Source: Gammaproteobacteria bacterium (GTDB taxonomy: Bacteria; Pseudomonadota; Gammaproteobacteria; Steroidobacterales; Rariloculaceae). Taken from it: a DNA stretch of 64,000 nt. This document shows, piece after piece, positions 25,219-35,276 of this stretch. Within the stretch, counting starts at the first letter, position 1. Each line of letters begins with the position of its first letter. Below the pieces are notes generated by a model. That model was given only the letters and a program-made list of their open reading frames with translations. It ran no database searches and was not told the DNA's origin. Position numbers and translations under genes: made by a program. The stretch lies in the NCBI GenBank assembly GCA_035644475.1, contig DASQOL010000004.1, positions 1,288 through 65,287 on the forward strand, read 5' to 3'.

Positions 25219-25804
25219 GGTGGCCGTTTCGGAGCAGGGAGTAGGTCAGCGAATCGCGGGGACCGCCGCCCAAGCTCGGGCGCGGGACCCAGCGGCGCAG
25301 GGTTCCCTCGCGGCGCATGCCGATGCGCTCGAGCAGCCCGGCGGAGGCAGCGTTGTCGACGTCGCAGGTCGCCCAGACGCGCGCGATGGTCGGTTGCTCC
25401 CAGGCCCACTGCACGAGCCAGGTCACGGCCTCGCTCATGAGCCCGCGCCGCCACCACCGACGGCCGAGCACGTAGCCCATGTCCATCGACTCGCCGCGCA
25501 CGCGCGCCGACAGCATCCCGACGAGCGGGCCGTCCGGCTTCAGCCTCAGGCACCAGGAATAGGACTTGCCGCTCGCCCACGCGGCCTCGCAGGTCTCGAG
25601 GAACGCCAGGGTCTCGCCCACGTCGCGGTGCGGCCGCCACACCATGTAGCGGGCGACCTCGGGATCCCGCGCGTAGCTCTCGAGCACCGCGTCCGCGTCG
25701 GCGCGGGTTGCCGCCGCGGCGGCGAGACGCGCCGTCTGCCACTCGCGCGGCGGCACGGCCGCGACGCGCTGCTCCAATCCTGGGTGGGCATCGCTCGTCA
25801 CCAT
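25208..25804 (-). CDS. GNAT-family N-acetyltransferase (RimJ/RimL-like)
   Basis: Sequence YVLGRRWWRRGLMSEAV...ARVWATCDVDNAASAGLLERIGMRREG is a typical GNAT core. I chose the ATG at 25804. Confidence 0.8.
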   Translation of the reverse strand: MVTSDAHPGLEQRVAAVPPREWQTARLAAAAATRADADAVLESYARDPEVARYMVWRPHRDVGETLAFLETCEAAWASGKSYSWCLRLKPDGPLVGMLSARVRGESMDMGYVLGRRWWRRGLMSEAVTWLVQWAWEQPTIARVWATCDVDNAASAGLLERIGMRREGTLRRWVPRPSLGGGPRDSLTYSLLRNGHRPK

Positions 25805-26439
25805 CGCGGCTGCACTCGCTCGCCGGGCAGCACCTCGTAGGGCAGCGCCCAGCCGGGAATCCCGCGAACGCGCTCGAGCCACGCGGCGACGTTCGGGAAC
25901 CGGGCGCGCACGTCGTAGCCGCTTTCCTCGACCGGATAGAACAGGTAGCCGCTCATCGAGAAGTCCGCGATGGTGGGCGCCGCGCCGACCACGAACTCGC
26001 GGGCGGCGAGATGCTTGTCGACCACGCCGTAGGCCGCGTCGATCCGCGCCTTGAGCCAGCTCATGACGTTGGGGTCGGGCGCCGTGGGTGCGAACGACTT
26101 CAGGAATCGATACGTGCCGAAGTAGCTCGTGAACTTGTGGTTGTCGAATAGCAGCCAGCGGAGCACGTCGAGCCGCTCCGCCTCGCCGTTGCCGCCGAAC
26201 ACCCCGTGACGCGCGGCGAGGAAGGTCAGAATCGCGCCCGATTGCGTGAGCCGCTGCTCGCCGTCCTCGAGCACCGGGATCTCGCCCATGTCGTTGACCT
26301 CGTCACGCCAGCTCGGGTCGCGTGTGGCGCCGTGGAAGTAGTCGACGAACACGGATTCGTACGGCTGGCGCAGCGCACGCAGCAGGAACGCGACCTTGAA
26401 GCAGTTGCCCGACTGGGCGAAGCAATGCAACCGATACAT
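25798..26439 (-). CDS. Glutathione S-transferase
   Basis: Sequence MYRLHCFAQSGNCFKV...EIPVLEDGEQRLTQSGAILTFL shows an N-terminal thioredoxin-like GST fold plus a helical C-terminal domain. The track start at 26565 runs into the tandem repeat. Confidence 0.85.
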   Translation of the reverse strand: MYRLHCFAQSGNCFKVAFLLRALRQPYESVFVDYFHGATRDPSWRDEVNDMGEIPVLEDGEQRLTQSGAILTFLAARHGVFGGNGEAERLDVLRWLLFDNHKFTSYFGTYRFLKSFAPTAPDPNVMSWLKARIDAAYGVVDKHLAAREFVVGAAPTIADFSMSGYLFYPVEESGYDVRARFPNVAAWLERVRGIPGWALPYEVLPGERVQPRW

Positions 26440-26454
26440 CAGCCCCCCGTGCAC

Positions 26455-26607
26455 GACCGCCATGGATGGCGGGAGTGCCGCAAATGCAGGACGCCATTTG
26501 CGGCCGACCGCCATGGATGGCGGGAGTGCCGCGAACGCAGGAGCAGCTTCGCGGCCGACCGCCATGGATGGCGGGAGTGCCGCGAACGCAGGAGCAGCTT
26601 CGCGGCC
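26455..26607. repeat. Tandem repeat, 3 x 51 bp, each unit containing a hairpin
   Basis: Units start at 26455, 26506 and 26557 (GACCGCCATGGATGGCGGGAGTGCCGC...). Units 2 and 3 are identical. Unit 1 differs in the hairpin, with a paired compensatory change. Confidence 0.85.
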
Positions 26608-26620
26608 TGCCTGAACGAGC

Positions 26621-27436
26621 CTACGGCACTATCGGTATCCCGAGCGCCATCACGCGCAGCGCCACCACGGCGAGCACGGCGATAGCCCAATCGGCGCGCC
26701 GCACCGCCACCCCCTTTCCGTGCGCGCGTCGAGCGGAGCCGACGAGCGCGCCGAACCCGGCGAAAACCCAGAACGCCCCCTCGGAAGCCCGGGCTTGCGC
26801 CGCAATCGCCGCCATCGGCTGGTAGATCAGAAAGATCACCGCCGTGCCCACGAGCGCCGGCGCCACGACCACGGCAGCCACGCCCTTGAGCGCGCCGACG
26901 CCGGCCGGCACCCACTCGCGCAGCTCGCGGCCGATGTCGAAGGAGAACCCGATCAACAGGAACGCGCCGACGCCCGCGATCGCGTAGCGCACGTTCATGG
27001 ATAAGTCGAGAGCGGCGGCCGCATTGCTGAAGTCGCCGACGAACGCCACCGAGAACGTGTTGCCGAGAAAGTTTGCCACGCCGAAGACCGCGACGTAGAA
27101 CAGCGGCAACTCCAACCACCAGCCGCGCATCGCGCGATGCGCGAACCAACAGAGCACGCCGATCACGAGGCTGAAAATCGGGCCCGCTGCGCGCACGAGA
27201 CCCTGCACGTACAGCGTCTCGCTGGTGAGGTCGACGTCCACGTACGAGTGGAACAGCGTCGACGGTAAGCCGAGCCAATAGGCGGCCAACGCGTGCGCGA
27301 GCTCGTGCAGGCTGGTGTTGACCACGTAGCCGACCACGAACAGCAGCGTCGGCCTCAGCATCAGCCGGCCGAATGACGCCGCGGCCGTCTGCGGGGCGGC
27401 GGCGGCGGACGGGATCGCAGTGTCGTCGGCGCTCAT
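26621..27436 (-). CDS. Polytopic membrane protein with HExxH motif (putative membrane metalloprotease)
   Basis: At least six hydrophobic helices. HELAHAL sits at the end of the first helix. I do not recognise a specific family. Confidence 0.55.
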   Translation of the reverse strand: MSADDTAIPSAAAAPQTAAASFGRLMLRPTLLFVVGYVVNTSLHELAHALAAYWLGLPSTLFHSYVDVDLTSETLYVQGLVRAAGPIFSLVIGVLCWFAHRAMRGWWLELPLFYVAVFGVANFLGNTFSVAFVGDFSNAAAALDLSMNVRYAIAGVGAFLLIGFSFDIGRELREWVPAGVGALKGVAAVVVAPALVGTAVIFLIYQPMAAIAAQARASEGAFWVFAGFGALVGSARRAHGKGVAVRRADWAIAVLAVVALRVMALGIPIVP

Positions 27437-27448
27437 GCGTGGAGTGCG

Positions 27449-27955
27449 CTACTCGCCGAGCGCGCGCTGATACACCGCGAGATCGGCCGCCGAGAAGCAG
27501 CAGAACGTGATCGCGTCGACCACGTGGCCTCCGCTCACCGCCGCGCGCACGGTGCTCACCGCAACCCGCGTCGCGAGCTCGACGGGATAGCCGTAGACAC
27601 CCGTGCTGATGCTCGGGAAGGCGATGGTCCGCACGGCGCGCTCCGCGGCAACCTCGAGCGAGCGCCGGTAGCACGACGCGAGCAGCTCGGCCTCGCCGCC
27701 CCGGCCGCCCGCCCAGACGGGGCCGACCGTATGGATCACGTGCCTCGCCGCCAGCCGATAGCCGCCGGTGATCTTGGCGTCGCCGGTGGCGCAACCCCGG
27801 AGCAGGCGGCACTCGGCAAGGAGCGCCGGTCCGGCCGCGCGATGAATCGCGCTGTCCACTCCTCCGCCGCCGAGCAACGACGAGTTGGCGGCGTTGACGA
27901 TCGCGTCCACGTCCAGCGTGGTGATGTCCGCGTGCACGGCACGCAAGGTCGGCAT
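27449..27955 (-). CDS. Macro-domain protein (O-acetyl-ADP-ribose deacetylase, YmdB-like)
   Basis: Sequence [34 protein letters not shown]...IHTVGP.W...[14 protein letters not shown]. The start may be the ATG at 27955 (chosen) or the one at 27982. Confidence 0.85.
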   Translation of the reverse strand: MPTLRAVHADITTLDVDAIVNAANSSLLGGGGVDSAIHRAAGPALLAECRLLRGCATGDAKITGGYRLAARHVIHTVGPVWAGGRGGEAELLASCYRRSLEVAAERAVRTIAFPSISTGVYGYPVELATRVAVSTVRAAVSGGHVVDAITFCCFSAADLAVYQRALGE

Positions 27956-28070
27956 CGAGGTCTTCGCGGCGCGTAGCGACATGGTTCGGAGTCTACATGG
28001 CGGCCCCCAAAGCTGTAACCTGAGGCCACGGGCCACGTCTACACTCGAGTCGCACCACGGAGACCTCGAC

Positions 28071-28637
28071 ATGCGCCACGTCTCACTCCCGCTCCTCGTG
28101 CCCGCCGTCGCGTCGCTGCTGCTCGCGGGCTGCGGCATCACCGGCAACTTTCGCAACGATCCGGGTTACGCCGAGTTCGACTCGCCGGGAATGCGCGACA
28201 CGGAACGCGAGATCGGCCTGTCGCTCGGCCCCCTGCCGCTCGGCGTCGCGCGCTTGTTCTTCGGCGGCGACGAGGACATCGGGCCGATGCTCAAAGGGCT
28301 GCGGGCCGCGCGCGTGTACATCTACGACGTGGACGGCGACGCCGAGCGCGTCGAGAAGAGGATCGCCGAGACTCAGTCGAAGCTCCTGGCCGACGGTTGG
28401 TTCCCGGTCGTCACGGTGAACGACGAGGGCGACCGTGTCGCCGTGCTGATGCATGCCGACCGCCACAACAAGCCGCGAGGGATGGCCGTGATCGTGCAGG
28501 ACTCCGAGGACGTGGTGCTCGTGAACCTGATCGGCGAAATCCAGCCGGAGATGTTCAACACCTACATGGCCGAGCTCGGCGTCGACGCGCCGCGCGTCGA
28601 CATCGACCCCGGGACGCTGCAGGCCGTCGTGCGCTAG
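28071..28637 (+). CDS. Lipoprotein, unknown function (possibly DUF4252-like)
   Basis: Lipobox LLLAGC after [15 protein letters not shown], with GGAGA upstream. The family assignment is from memory only. Confidence 0.6.
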   Translation: MRHVSLPLLVPAVASLLLAGCGITGNFRNDPGYAEFDSPGMRDTEREIGLSLGPLPLGVARLFFGGDEDIGPMLKGLRAARVYIYDVDGDAERVEKRIAETQSKLLADGWFPVVTVNDEGDRVAVLMHADRHNKPRGMAVIVQDSEDVVLVNLIGEIQPEMFNTYMAELGVDAPRVDIDPGTLQAVVR

Positions 28638-28641
28638 GAGC

Positions 28642-30081
28642 CTACCCGCCGCTCGCCTTCGCGCGGGCGAGCGTCTGCACCACGTCCCACTGGAAGCGCA
28701 CGAACCGGTGCAGCTCGGCCTCGAGGATCCGCTCCTGGTCGCTGTGCGCGCCGAAGCCCTTGGGGCCATCCTCCTCGTCGGTGGCGGGCCCCATGCCGTA
28801 GCACTGCACGCCCTTCGCGCGCAGGAACGCCATGTCGGTGGCGGCCGGGATCATGGTCGGCAGCGTCTTCGTGGCGTAGTGCTTGCCGATCGCGGCCTCG
28901 ATCACGGTGAACGCCTCGTTATCGATCCGCGATAGGCCGCCCTCGCGCGGCTTGCCGGTAGTCGACGGCGGCCAATGGTTGAACACGACCTCGACGGCCG
29001 GATCGCCGACGACCTTCTCGAGCTCGGCGCGAAACTCGTCCGGGTTCTGATCGGGCAGCATCCGCACGTCGAGCGTGGCGCGCGCCTCCGACGGGATCAC
29101 GTTGTTGCGATAGCCGCCGTTCACGATGTTCGGCGACAGCGACGTGCGCAGCATCGACGCGTGCCGCGGCTCGTTCGCGCGAAGCCACGCGTCGGCCGCC
29201 GCGACCGCTTTGGGATCGGCGCTCAGCACGTCGCGGTAAACCCGCGCAATCTGCGGCGACGACATGTCGGCGAGCCGCGTGAAGTACGCGCGCGTGGTCG
29301 CGTTCAAGCGCACCGCGGGCTGCCATTCGGTGGCCGCGGCCACCGCTCGCGCCAGATGCGCGATCGCGTTCGTCTGCAGCGGTACCGAGCCGTGCCCCGA
29401 CGGCCCGTGCGCGACCAGGTCGATGCCGTTCGGAATCTTCTCGCCGGTTTCCACCGACGCGTAGCGCACCGTACCGCCGAGCCGCGACACGCCGCCGCCT
29501 TCGGCGAGGCAGTACTCGGCGTTTATCTTGTCGAAATGCTCGTTGGCCATGAGCTCGATGCCCATCGGAGTGTTGCCCTCCTCGCCCGCCTCGGCGAGGA
29601 AGATCACGTCGCGGTCGAGCGGCACGCCGGCGCGCTTGAGCAACAGCATGATCATCAGCGCGGCCGTGACGTTGTCCTTGTCGTCGACCGTGCCGCGGCC
29701 GTAGATGTAGCCGCCGTCGCGCACCGCGCCGAACGGCGGGTGCTGCCACTTCGCGGGGTCGACGTTGACGACGTCCAAGTGGCCCATGATCAGGAGCGGC
29801 CGCTTCGCGCCGGAGCCCTTGAGCCGCGCAACCACGTTCGGCCGGTGCGGCTCCTTGGCGAACGTCTCGACGGCGATGCCCTCGCGCTCGAGGACCTGCT
29901 GCAGGTAGTCCGCGGCGGGCTTCTCGTTGCCGGGCGGATCGCTCGTATCCATGCGGACGAGCGCTTGGAAGTGCTGGAGGGTCTCGGCCTCGACGGCGGG
30001 CCAGCTGGGCTCTGCGGGCGGCTGGGCGCGCGCCGCCGCAACGGTAGCGACGAGGACCGGAAGGAGAATCGAGCGCCGCAT
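28642..30081 (-). CDS. M20-family metallopeptidase (exported)
   Basis: Signal peptide, then LLIMGHLDVV, RGTVDDKDNV and EEGN motifs of M20/M25/M40 hydrolases. The ATG at 30081 follows GGAG. Confidence 0.85.
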   Translation of the reverse strand: MRRSILLPVLVATVAAARAQPPAEPSWPAVEAETLQHFQALVRMDTSDPPGNEKPAADYLQQVLEREGIAVETFAKEPHRPNVVARLKGSGAKRPLLIMGHLDVVNVDPAKWQHPPFGAVRDGGYIYGRGTVDDKDNVTAALMIMLLLKRAGVPLDRDVIFLAEAGEEGNTPMGIELMANEHFDKINAEYCLAEGGGVSRLGGTVRYASVETGEKIPNGIDLVAHGPSGHGSVPLQTNAIAHLARAVAAATEWQPAVRLNATTRAYFTRLADMSSPQIARVYRDVLSADPKAVAAADAWLRANEPRHASMLRTSLSPNIVNGGYRNNVIPSEARATLDVRMLPDQNPDEFRAELEKVVGDPAVEVVFNHWPPSTTGKPREGGLSRIDNEAFTVIEAAIGKHYATKTLPTMIPAATDMAFLRAKGVQCYGMGPATDEEDGPKGFGAHSDQERILEAELHRFVRFQWDVVQTLARAKASGG

Positions 30082-30145
30082 CGAACCCACTCCGAATCGC
30101 GCAGATTGCGCGTCGTCGATTCTAGCCGCGGCGAGACCCGTTCCG

Positions 30146-30862
30146 TTAACCCGCGAGCTCGGCGGCGAGCTCCTGGAAGAACGCGCTGCGCTTGCGCCGC
30201 ATGATGTCGGCGGCGGTCGCGCCCTCGCGGTTCGCGATGTCGGTACGCGGCCGGTACTTCGCGAGCATTCGAAAGTGCTTCTCGTCGCTGCCCTTCTTCA
30301 GCATGTGATGCAGCGCGGTCATGCCCTTCAAGCTTTGGAAATTCACGTCGGCACCGAGCTTCAACAACTCCTCTGCGCCCCGGAAGCGGCTCCACTGCAC
30401 CGCGAACAGGAACGGCGACGCGTCTTCCGCGCTCGCGTCGAGCGGCGCGCCGTGCCGCGCGAGCAGACGCAGCGCTTCGACGTCGTCGTTGAAGGCGGCG
30501 GCCCAGAGGCAATGGTTGGGATCGGCACCGCGCTCGAGCAGGAACTCCGCAAGCGCGACGTTCTTGCCCCAAGCGAGCGAATACCAAAGCGGCGTCGCTC
30601 GAAAGTTCTCCTCGGTGAACGCCGCGTCCTCGAGGCTCAAGCCGGCGTCGAGCAGCACACGGGCGGTCGCGATACCGTCCGCCGGCTTCAAGCGGCGCGC
30701 CTTCACCGGGACGCCGCAGGCGAGATGCAGCCACGTGCGGCCGCGCTTGTCCCTCACACCGAGCAAAGGTGAATTGCCGCGGAGCGCCACGGCCACGTCC
30801 TGCGCGCGCAGCTCCTTCACGAGCTCGAGCATCCGCGTCTTCGAGACGCCGGCCACGCTCAA
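30146..30862 (-). CDS. Ankyrin-repeat protein
   Basis: Several ANK-like units (G.T.LH.A...LL..GADPN / GADVN). TTG start at 30862; an alternative ATG is at 30832. Confidence 0.75.
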   Translation of the reverse strand: MSVAGVSKTRMLELVKELRAQDVAVALRGNSPLLGVRDKRGRTWLHLACGVPVKARRLKPADGIATARVLLDAGLSLEDAAFTEENFRATPLWYSLAWGKNVALAEFLLERGADPNHCLWAAAFNDDVEALRLLARHGAPLDASAEDASPFLFAVQWSRFRGAEELLKLGADVNFQSLKGMTALHHMLKKGSDEKHFRMLAKYRPRTDIANREGATAADIMRRKRSAFFQELAAELAG

Positions 30863-30865
30863 CCC

Positions 30866-31330
30866 TCAGGTACCGACAAGCTGCACAGGCACGCCGGCCG
30901 GGTCGCGCACGTGGAACCCGTAGTCGAGGTTGTTCTCGCCTTTGAGGCCGTGGCGGGCGAGCGTGGCCGTCGCCGATTCGCGCTCGAAGCCGTCGACCGC
31001 GATCGCGAAGTGATCGACGATGCCGAACGGCTCCTTGTGGTGCAGCGACACGATGATCCGCGTCGTGCCCATGCGCACGATCTCGTTCGGCTTATCCTCG
31101 TTGACGACGTTGAGGCCGAAGATCGTGCGATAGAACTCGACGGACTTTGCGAGGTCGGGCGTCTGCACGCTGATGTGATCGATGCGCGACGACTTGAACG
31201 GCGTCTCTTGCGCCGCGGCTGGCGCCGCAGCGCCCGTCGCGGCGAGCGCAGTGAGCCCCTGGAGCAACTGGCGGCGCGACAGCGTGCCCGCGTCGAACCG
31301 CGCGACGAGATCGGAGATAACGGCTTGCAT
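30866..31330 (-). CDS. VOC (glyoxalase/bleomycin-resistance/dioxygenase) family protein with twin-arginine signal
   Basis: Tat-like SRRQLLQGLTALAATGAAAPAAA, then IDHISVQT...FY..IFGL...DHFAIAV, typical of the VOC fold. Confidence 0.8.
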   Translation of the reverse strand: MQAVISDLVARFDAGTLSRRQLLQGLTALAATGAAAPAAAQETPFKSSRIDHISVQTPDLAKSVEFYRTIFGLNVVNEDKPNEIVRMGTTRIIVSLHHKEPFGIVDHFAIAVDGFERESATATLARHGLKGENNLDYGFHVRDPAGVPVQLVGT

Positions 31331-31362
31331 GGTTGCCCCCCTTCTTAAGTAAGACTCGGCGA

Positions 31363-31977
<615 letters not shown>

Positions 31978-32034
31978 CGACGGTCATCCCCAACGAGCGA
32001 CGGCCGATGATGCCACAACTCGAACGCGACGGGC

Positions 32035-32277
32035 TCAGGCGTCGACGTTGAGCTTGTCTCGAAGAAACTCCGGCGCGAAGTCCGCTCCGTTGGTCCAGAC
32101 GAGCGTGCGCAGCTCCGGATGCAGCTGGAAGCTGCTGAAGAACCTGACGTCCCGCAGCGGCTTGAAGACCGGTCCCGTCAGTTCTTGCGAAAGGTCGACG
32201 TCACCCTGAGCGCCGTCGTCGAACCGGAGCCAAACGATAAACGCACGGACGTACCGCGCTTCGACGAAGGGCGCCAT
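32035..32277 (-). CDS. DUF2442-family small protein
   Basis: Sequence V.ARYV..FIVWLRFDDGAQGDVDLS..L.GPVFKPLRD..FFSSF...ELRTLVWTNGADFAPEFL matches my memory of DUF2442. I chose the ATG at 32277. Confidence 0.6.
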   Translation of the reverse strand: MAPFVEARYVRAFIVWLRFDDGAQGDVDLSQELTGPVFKPLRDVRFFSSFQLHPELRTLVWTNGADFAPEFLRDKLNVDA

Positions 32278-32352
32278 GCCCGTCACTCCAACGGCTCGAT
32301 CCTGATCAGTGGTAATCCCGCCTGGGCCAGATCCCAATCAAATAGTAGGGAA

Positions 32353-34518
32353 TCACCGGAATTGTGGGAAGGTGAGGCGAAACTCCGCGCCCGGCTCGCA
32401 GTTGCGGACGTCGACGCGGCCGCCCATCGCGATCGTGAGCTGCCGCACGAGCGCGAGGCCGATGCCAGTGCCCACCGCTTCGCGCGTGAGCTCGTTCGCC
32501 GGCCGATAGAACAGCTCGAAGATCCGCTTCATCTGGCCCTTCGGGATGCCGGGGCCAAAGTCGCGCACGGTGAAGAGCAGAGTGCCGTCGCTCTCGCGGC
32601 GGCTCGCGACCTCCACGGCCTTGCGGGCACCGCCCGCGGAGAACTTGAGCGCGTTGTCGACGAGGTTGATGAAGACTTGCGCGAACGCGTCGCCGTCGAC
32701 GAGGACCTCGGCGTCGGCGGGCGCATCGTTGCGGATCTCGAGCGTGAAGCGCGCGCGCTCGACTTGGGTACTCACCTTCGAGCGGACCATGTCGAGCAGC
32801 TCGGCCACGGTGGCGCGCTTCATGTCGAAGTGCTGCGCGTTGCGCGTGAGCCGGGCGAGCTGCAGCACGTTCTCGATGAGCCGCGACAGGCGCTCGCTCT
32901 CGCTGTGGATGTAGTCGTAGTAGGTCTGTTTCTTCGCCTCGTCGGCCCAGCCGGCCTTGAGCATCTCGCCGTACATCCGGATCGAGGTCAGCGGCGTCTT
33001 GAGCTCGTGGCTCACCGCGGACACGAAGTCCTGCTGCTGGCGCGCGAGCCGTATCTGGCCGACGGCGAAGCGATACATCAGCAGGAATCCGCCCACGAGC
33101 ACGACGGCGAGGATCACCGACACCCATGCGAGCAGCAGGCGGCCGGGCGCCGGCGGCAGCTGCTTGACGCCGAACGCGAGCTCGAGACTGCCGAACGGCG
33201 GCGAGAGACGCGTGCGGTACAGCACGGTGCCCGCGAGCTCGCCCGGCGCGGACCCCGACAAGGACGAATAGGCGCCGCCAGCGGCGGCGTTCAGCGTCTC
33301 GAGCACACGGCCCTGGTACGACACGGCGACGTCGCTCATCCCCGCCAGACTGCTCGCGCGGAACGGCGCGCCGACGGCGGCGGCGAGAAAGCGCTCGCGG
33401 TCGATCAGCGCGCCTTGGATGTAGCGCCGGCCGTCGCGCCAGACGTTGCGGTAGAGCACGAGGTGCCCGGTGTCGAGCATGCCGGCCTCGAACGGGTCGA
33501 GCTCGCTCTGGAACGTGCGTACGCTGAGCTCCACCTTGCTTTTCGCCTCGGCCGGCCGCTCTTTCGCGGCGGCGTCTTTCTCTTGCTCTGGGGCCGCGGC
33601 CGGCTCCGGCAGGAGAACCTGCTCGGTTCGCTTCTGCCGCTCGTTCACCCCAAAGGTCGACACGCCCGTCGACACACGGCCCTCCACAGCCGCGCGTCGC
33701 GCGTTGGTCTCGACGGCGTTCTGGGCCGCACGCTCCCCGACCGTCTCGCGATCGGCGACGTCGCGCGCGAGCGCGGCGCCGCCCTCGGCAGAGAGCTTGT
33801 CGAACGCGGCTTGCGCCTGCGGTTGCGTCGTCTCAGCCTTCAGCAGCAACTCGGTCGCGGGAGGCGCCGCCGGCGCGGCGACGCGCGCGGCCTCGTCGTC
33901 GTCGCCCGCGACGGCAGCGGACGTCGGTGCGTCCGCCCGCGCGCGTTCCGGCGGCGGCGCGGCGGCGGACTGCTGGCGCGATCGCACGAGACCGATCCCA
34001 GCCGCCGCGTCGCGGCTCGGCGGCGCCACCAGGCTGTTCTCGGCGAGCACCGCGCCGAGCTGCGCCGCGAGCGCGGCCCGCGCGGCCTGCTCGTCGGACG
34101 CGATTCCGTAGGTCGCGGGGTCGACACCGTCGCCGGGCAGAAGCGGCGTCGTGAGCTTGCCGTCCGCGTCGACCTGGAAGTAACCGAGCGCCCCGGGCAC
34201 CGGGCTCGTCACCGGAAAAGCCGACAACGGCGAACGCTGCACGAAGTTCGCGGCCGCATCGCCGGCCACGACGAGGAACGAGTAGTCGCCGAACGACCGG
34301 GCTTCCTCCGCGCTCACGGCCGCGCGCAGCTCCGCGTCGACGCGCCCAGCCACGTCTTCGGCGAGCTCCTGATTGCGGCGGAACGACTCCCACTTGAGCT
34401 GGCTGTACGCCTGCGCGATCAACGCCACGGCCGGAACCGCGAGCGCGAAAAAGAACGCCACGAGCAGCACCCGCACGCGGCGCTCGTCGAGCTTGCGGAA
34501 CAGCTTCGCGCCGAGCAT
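32353..34518 (-). CDS. Sensor histidine kinase (two TM, large Ala/Pro-rich extracytoplasmic region)
   Basis: HisKA H-box FVSAVSHELKTPLTSI. HATPase_c N, G1 and G2 boxes (NLVDNALKF, RDFGPGI, GTGIGLA). ATG at 34518, 2 nt after the regulator stop. Confidence 0.85.
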   Translation of the reverse strand: MLGAKLFRKLDERRVRVLLVAFFFALAVPAVALIAQAYSQLKWESFRRNQELAEDVAGRVDAELRAAVSAEEARSFGDYSFLVVAGDAAANFVQRSPLSAFPVTSPVPGALGYFQVDADGKLTTPLLPGDGVDPATYGIASDEQAARAALAAQLGAVLAENSLVAPPSRDAAAGIGLVRSRQQSAAAPPPERARADAPTSAAVAGDDDEAARVAAPAAPPATELLLKAETTQPQAQAAFDKLSAEGGAALARDVADRETVGERAAQNAVETNARRAAVEGRVSTGVSTFGVNERQKRTEQVLLPEPAAAPEQEKDAAAKERPAEAKSKVELSVRTFQSELDPFEAGMLDTGHLVLYRNVWRDGRRYIQGALIDRERFLAAAVGAPFRASSLAGMSDVAVSYQGRVLETLNAAAGGAYSSLSGSAPGELAGTVLYRTRLSPPFGSLELAFGVKQLPPAPGRLLLAWVSVILAVVLVGGFLLMYRFAVGQIRLARQQQDFVSAVSHELKTPLTSIRMYGEMLKAGWADEAKKQTYYDYIHSESERLSRLIENVLQLARLTRNAQHFDMKRATVAELLDMVRSKVSTQVERARFTLEIRNDAPADAEVLVDGDAFAQVFINLVDNALKFSAGGARKAVEVASRRESDGTLLFTVRDFGPGIPKGQMKRIFELFYRPANELTREAVGTGIGLALVRQLTIAMGGRVDVRNCEPGAEFRLTFPQFR

Positions 34519-34520
34519 CT

Positions 34521-35240
34521 TTAAGGTCCCGCGACCCCGGTCGTCACGAGTCGATACCCCGCGCCGCGCACGGTGATCAGGTTGCGCGGCTCTTTCACGT
34601 CGGCCTCTATCTTGCGCCTGAGCTTGGCGATGTGAATGTCGACGGTGCGCGTCTCGATGTCGGCCGTGCGGTCGTAGCCCCACACGCGCGTGAGCAGCTC
34701 GGCGCGCGAGACGGGCCGCTCCGTGTTCGACTGCAAGTATTGGAGAATCTCGATCTCGCGGCGCGTGAACGCGAGCTCCGTCGCGCCGCGGCGCCCGGAG
34801 AGATTGCGCGTGTCGATCTCCACGTCGCCGTCGAGCCGGATCTGCGCCGCGAGCTCCGCGCCCACGCGCGAGCGGCGCAGCACGGCCTTCACGCGCAGCA
34901 CCAGCTGCGCGATCGCAAAGGGTTTGGCGACGTAGTCGTCCGCGCCGAGCGTGAGGCCGTTGACGATGTCCTCGTCGCTCGTCTTCGCGGTGAGCATGAT
35001 GATCGGCTGATCGCGGTCGACCTTGCGAATCTCGTCGCAGATCGAGAAGCCGTCGCGGCCGGGGAGCATCACGTCGAGGAGCACGAGGTCGTAGTGCCCC
35101 GTGAGTGCTTTCGCGAGGCCTTCCTTACCGTCGCCGACGGCGTCGACGCGATAGCCGTGATAGACGAGCACGTCCGCGAGACCGTCGCGAATCGCGGCCT
35201 CGTCCTCCACGACCAGGATGCGGGGCTTCGTGGGCTCCAT
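34521..35240 (-). CDS. OmpR/PhoB-family response regulator
   Basis: Receiver domain (ILVVEDE...DLVLLDVMLPG.DG...LTA) plus a winged-helix output (LT.RE.E.L.YL......V.SR..L....WG). An alternative GTG start is at 35246. Confidence 0.9.
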   Translation of the reverse strand: MEPTKPRILVVEDEAAIRDGLADVLVYHGYRVDAVGDGKEGLAKALTGHYDLVLLDVMLPGRDGFSICDEIRKVDRDQPIIMLTAKTSDEDIVNGLTLGADDYVAKPFAIAQLVLRVKAVLRRSRVGAELAAQIRLDGDVEIDTRNLSGRRGATELAFTRREIEILQYLQSNTERPVSRAELLTRVWGYDRTADIETRTVDIHIAKLRRKIEADVKEPRNLITVRGAGYRLVTTGVAGP

Positions 35241-35276
35241 GCGCACCTAGGCTAGCAGCTAAGGCGCGCGCGCCGT

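Noticed and set aside
26396-26614. Repeat-containing ORFs across the 51-bp tandem array. These encode peptides such as AMDGGSAANAG... on the + strand, or give a 42-aa N-terminal extension of the GST.
   Set aside because: The 51-bp period is a multiple of three, so every frame stays open by construction. The GST aligns from MYRLHCF without the extension, and the hairpin with its compensatory change fits a nucleic-acid-level element better.
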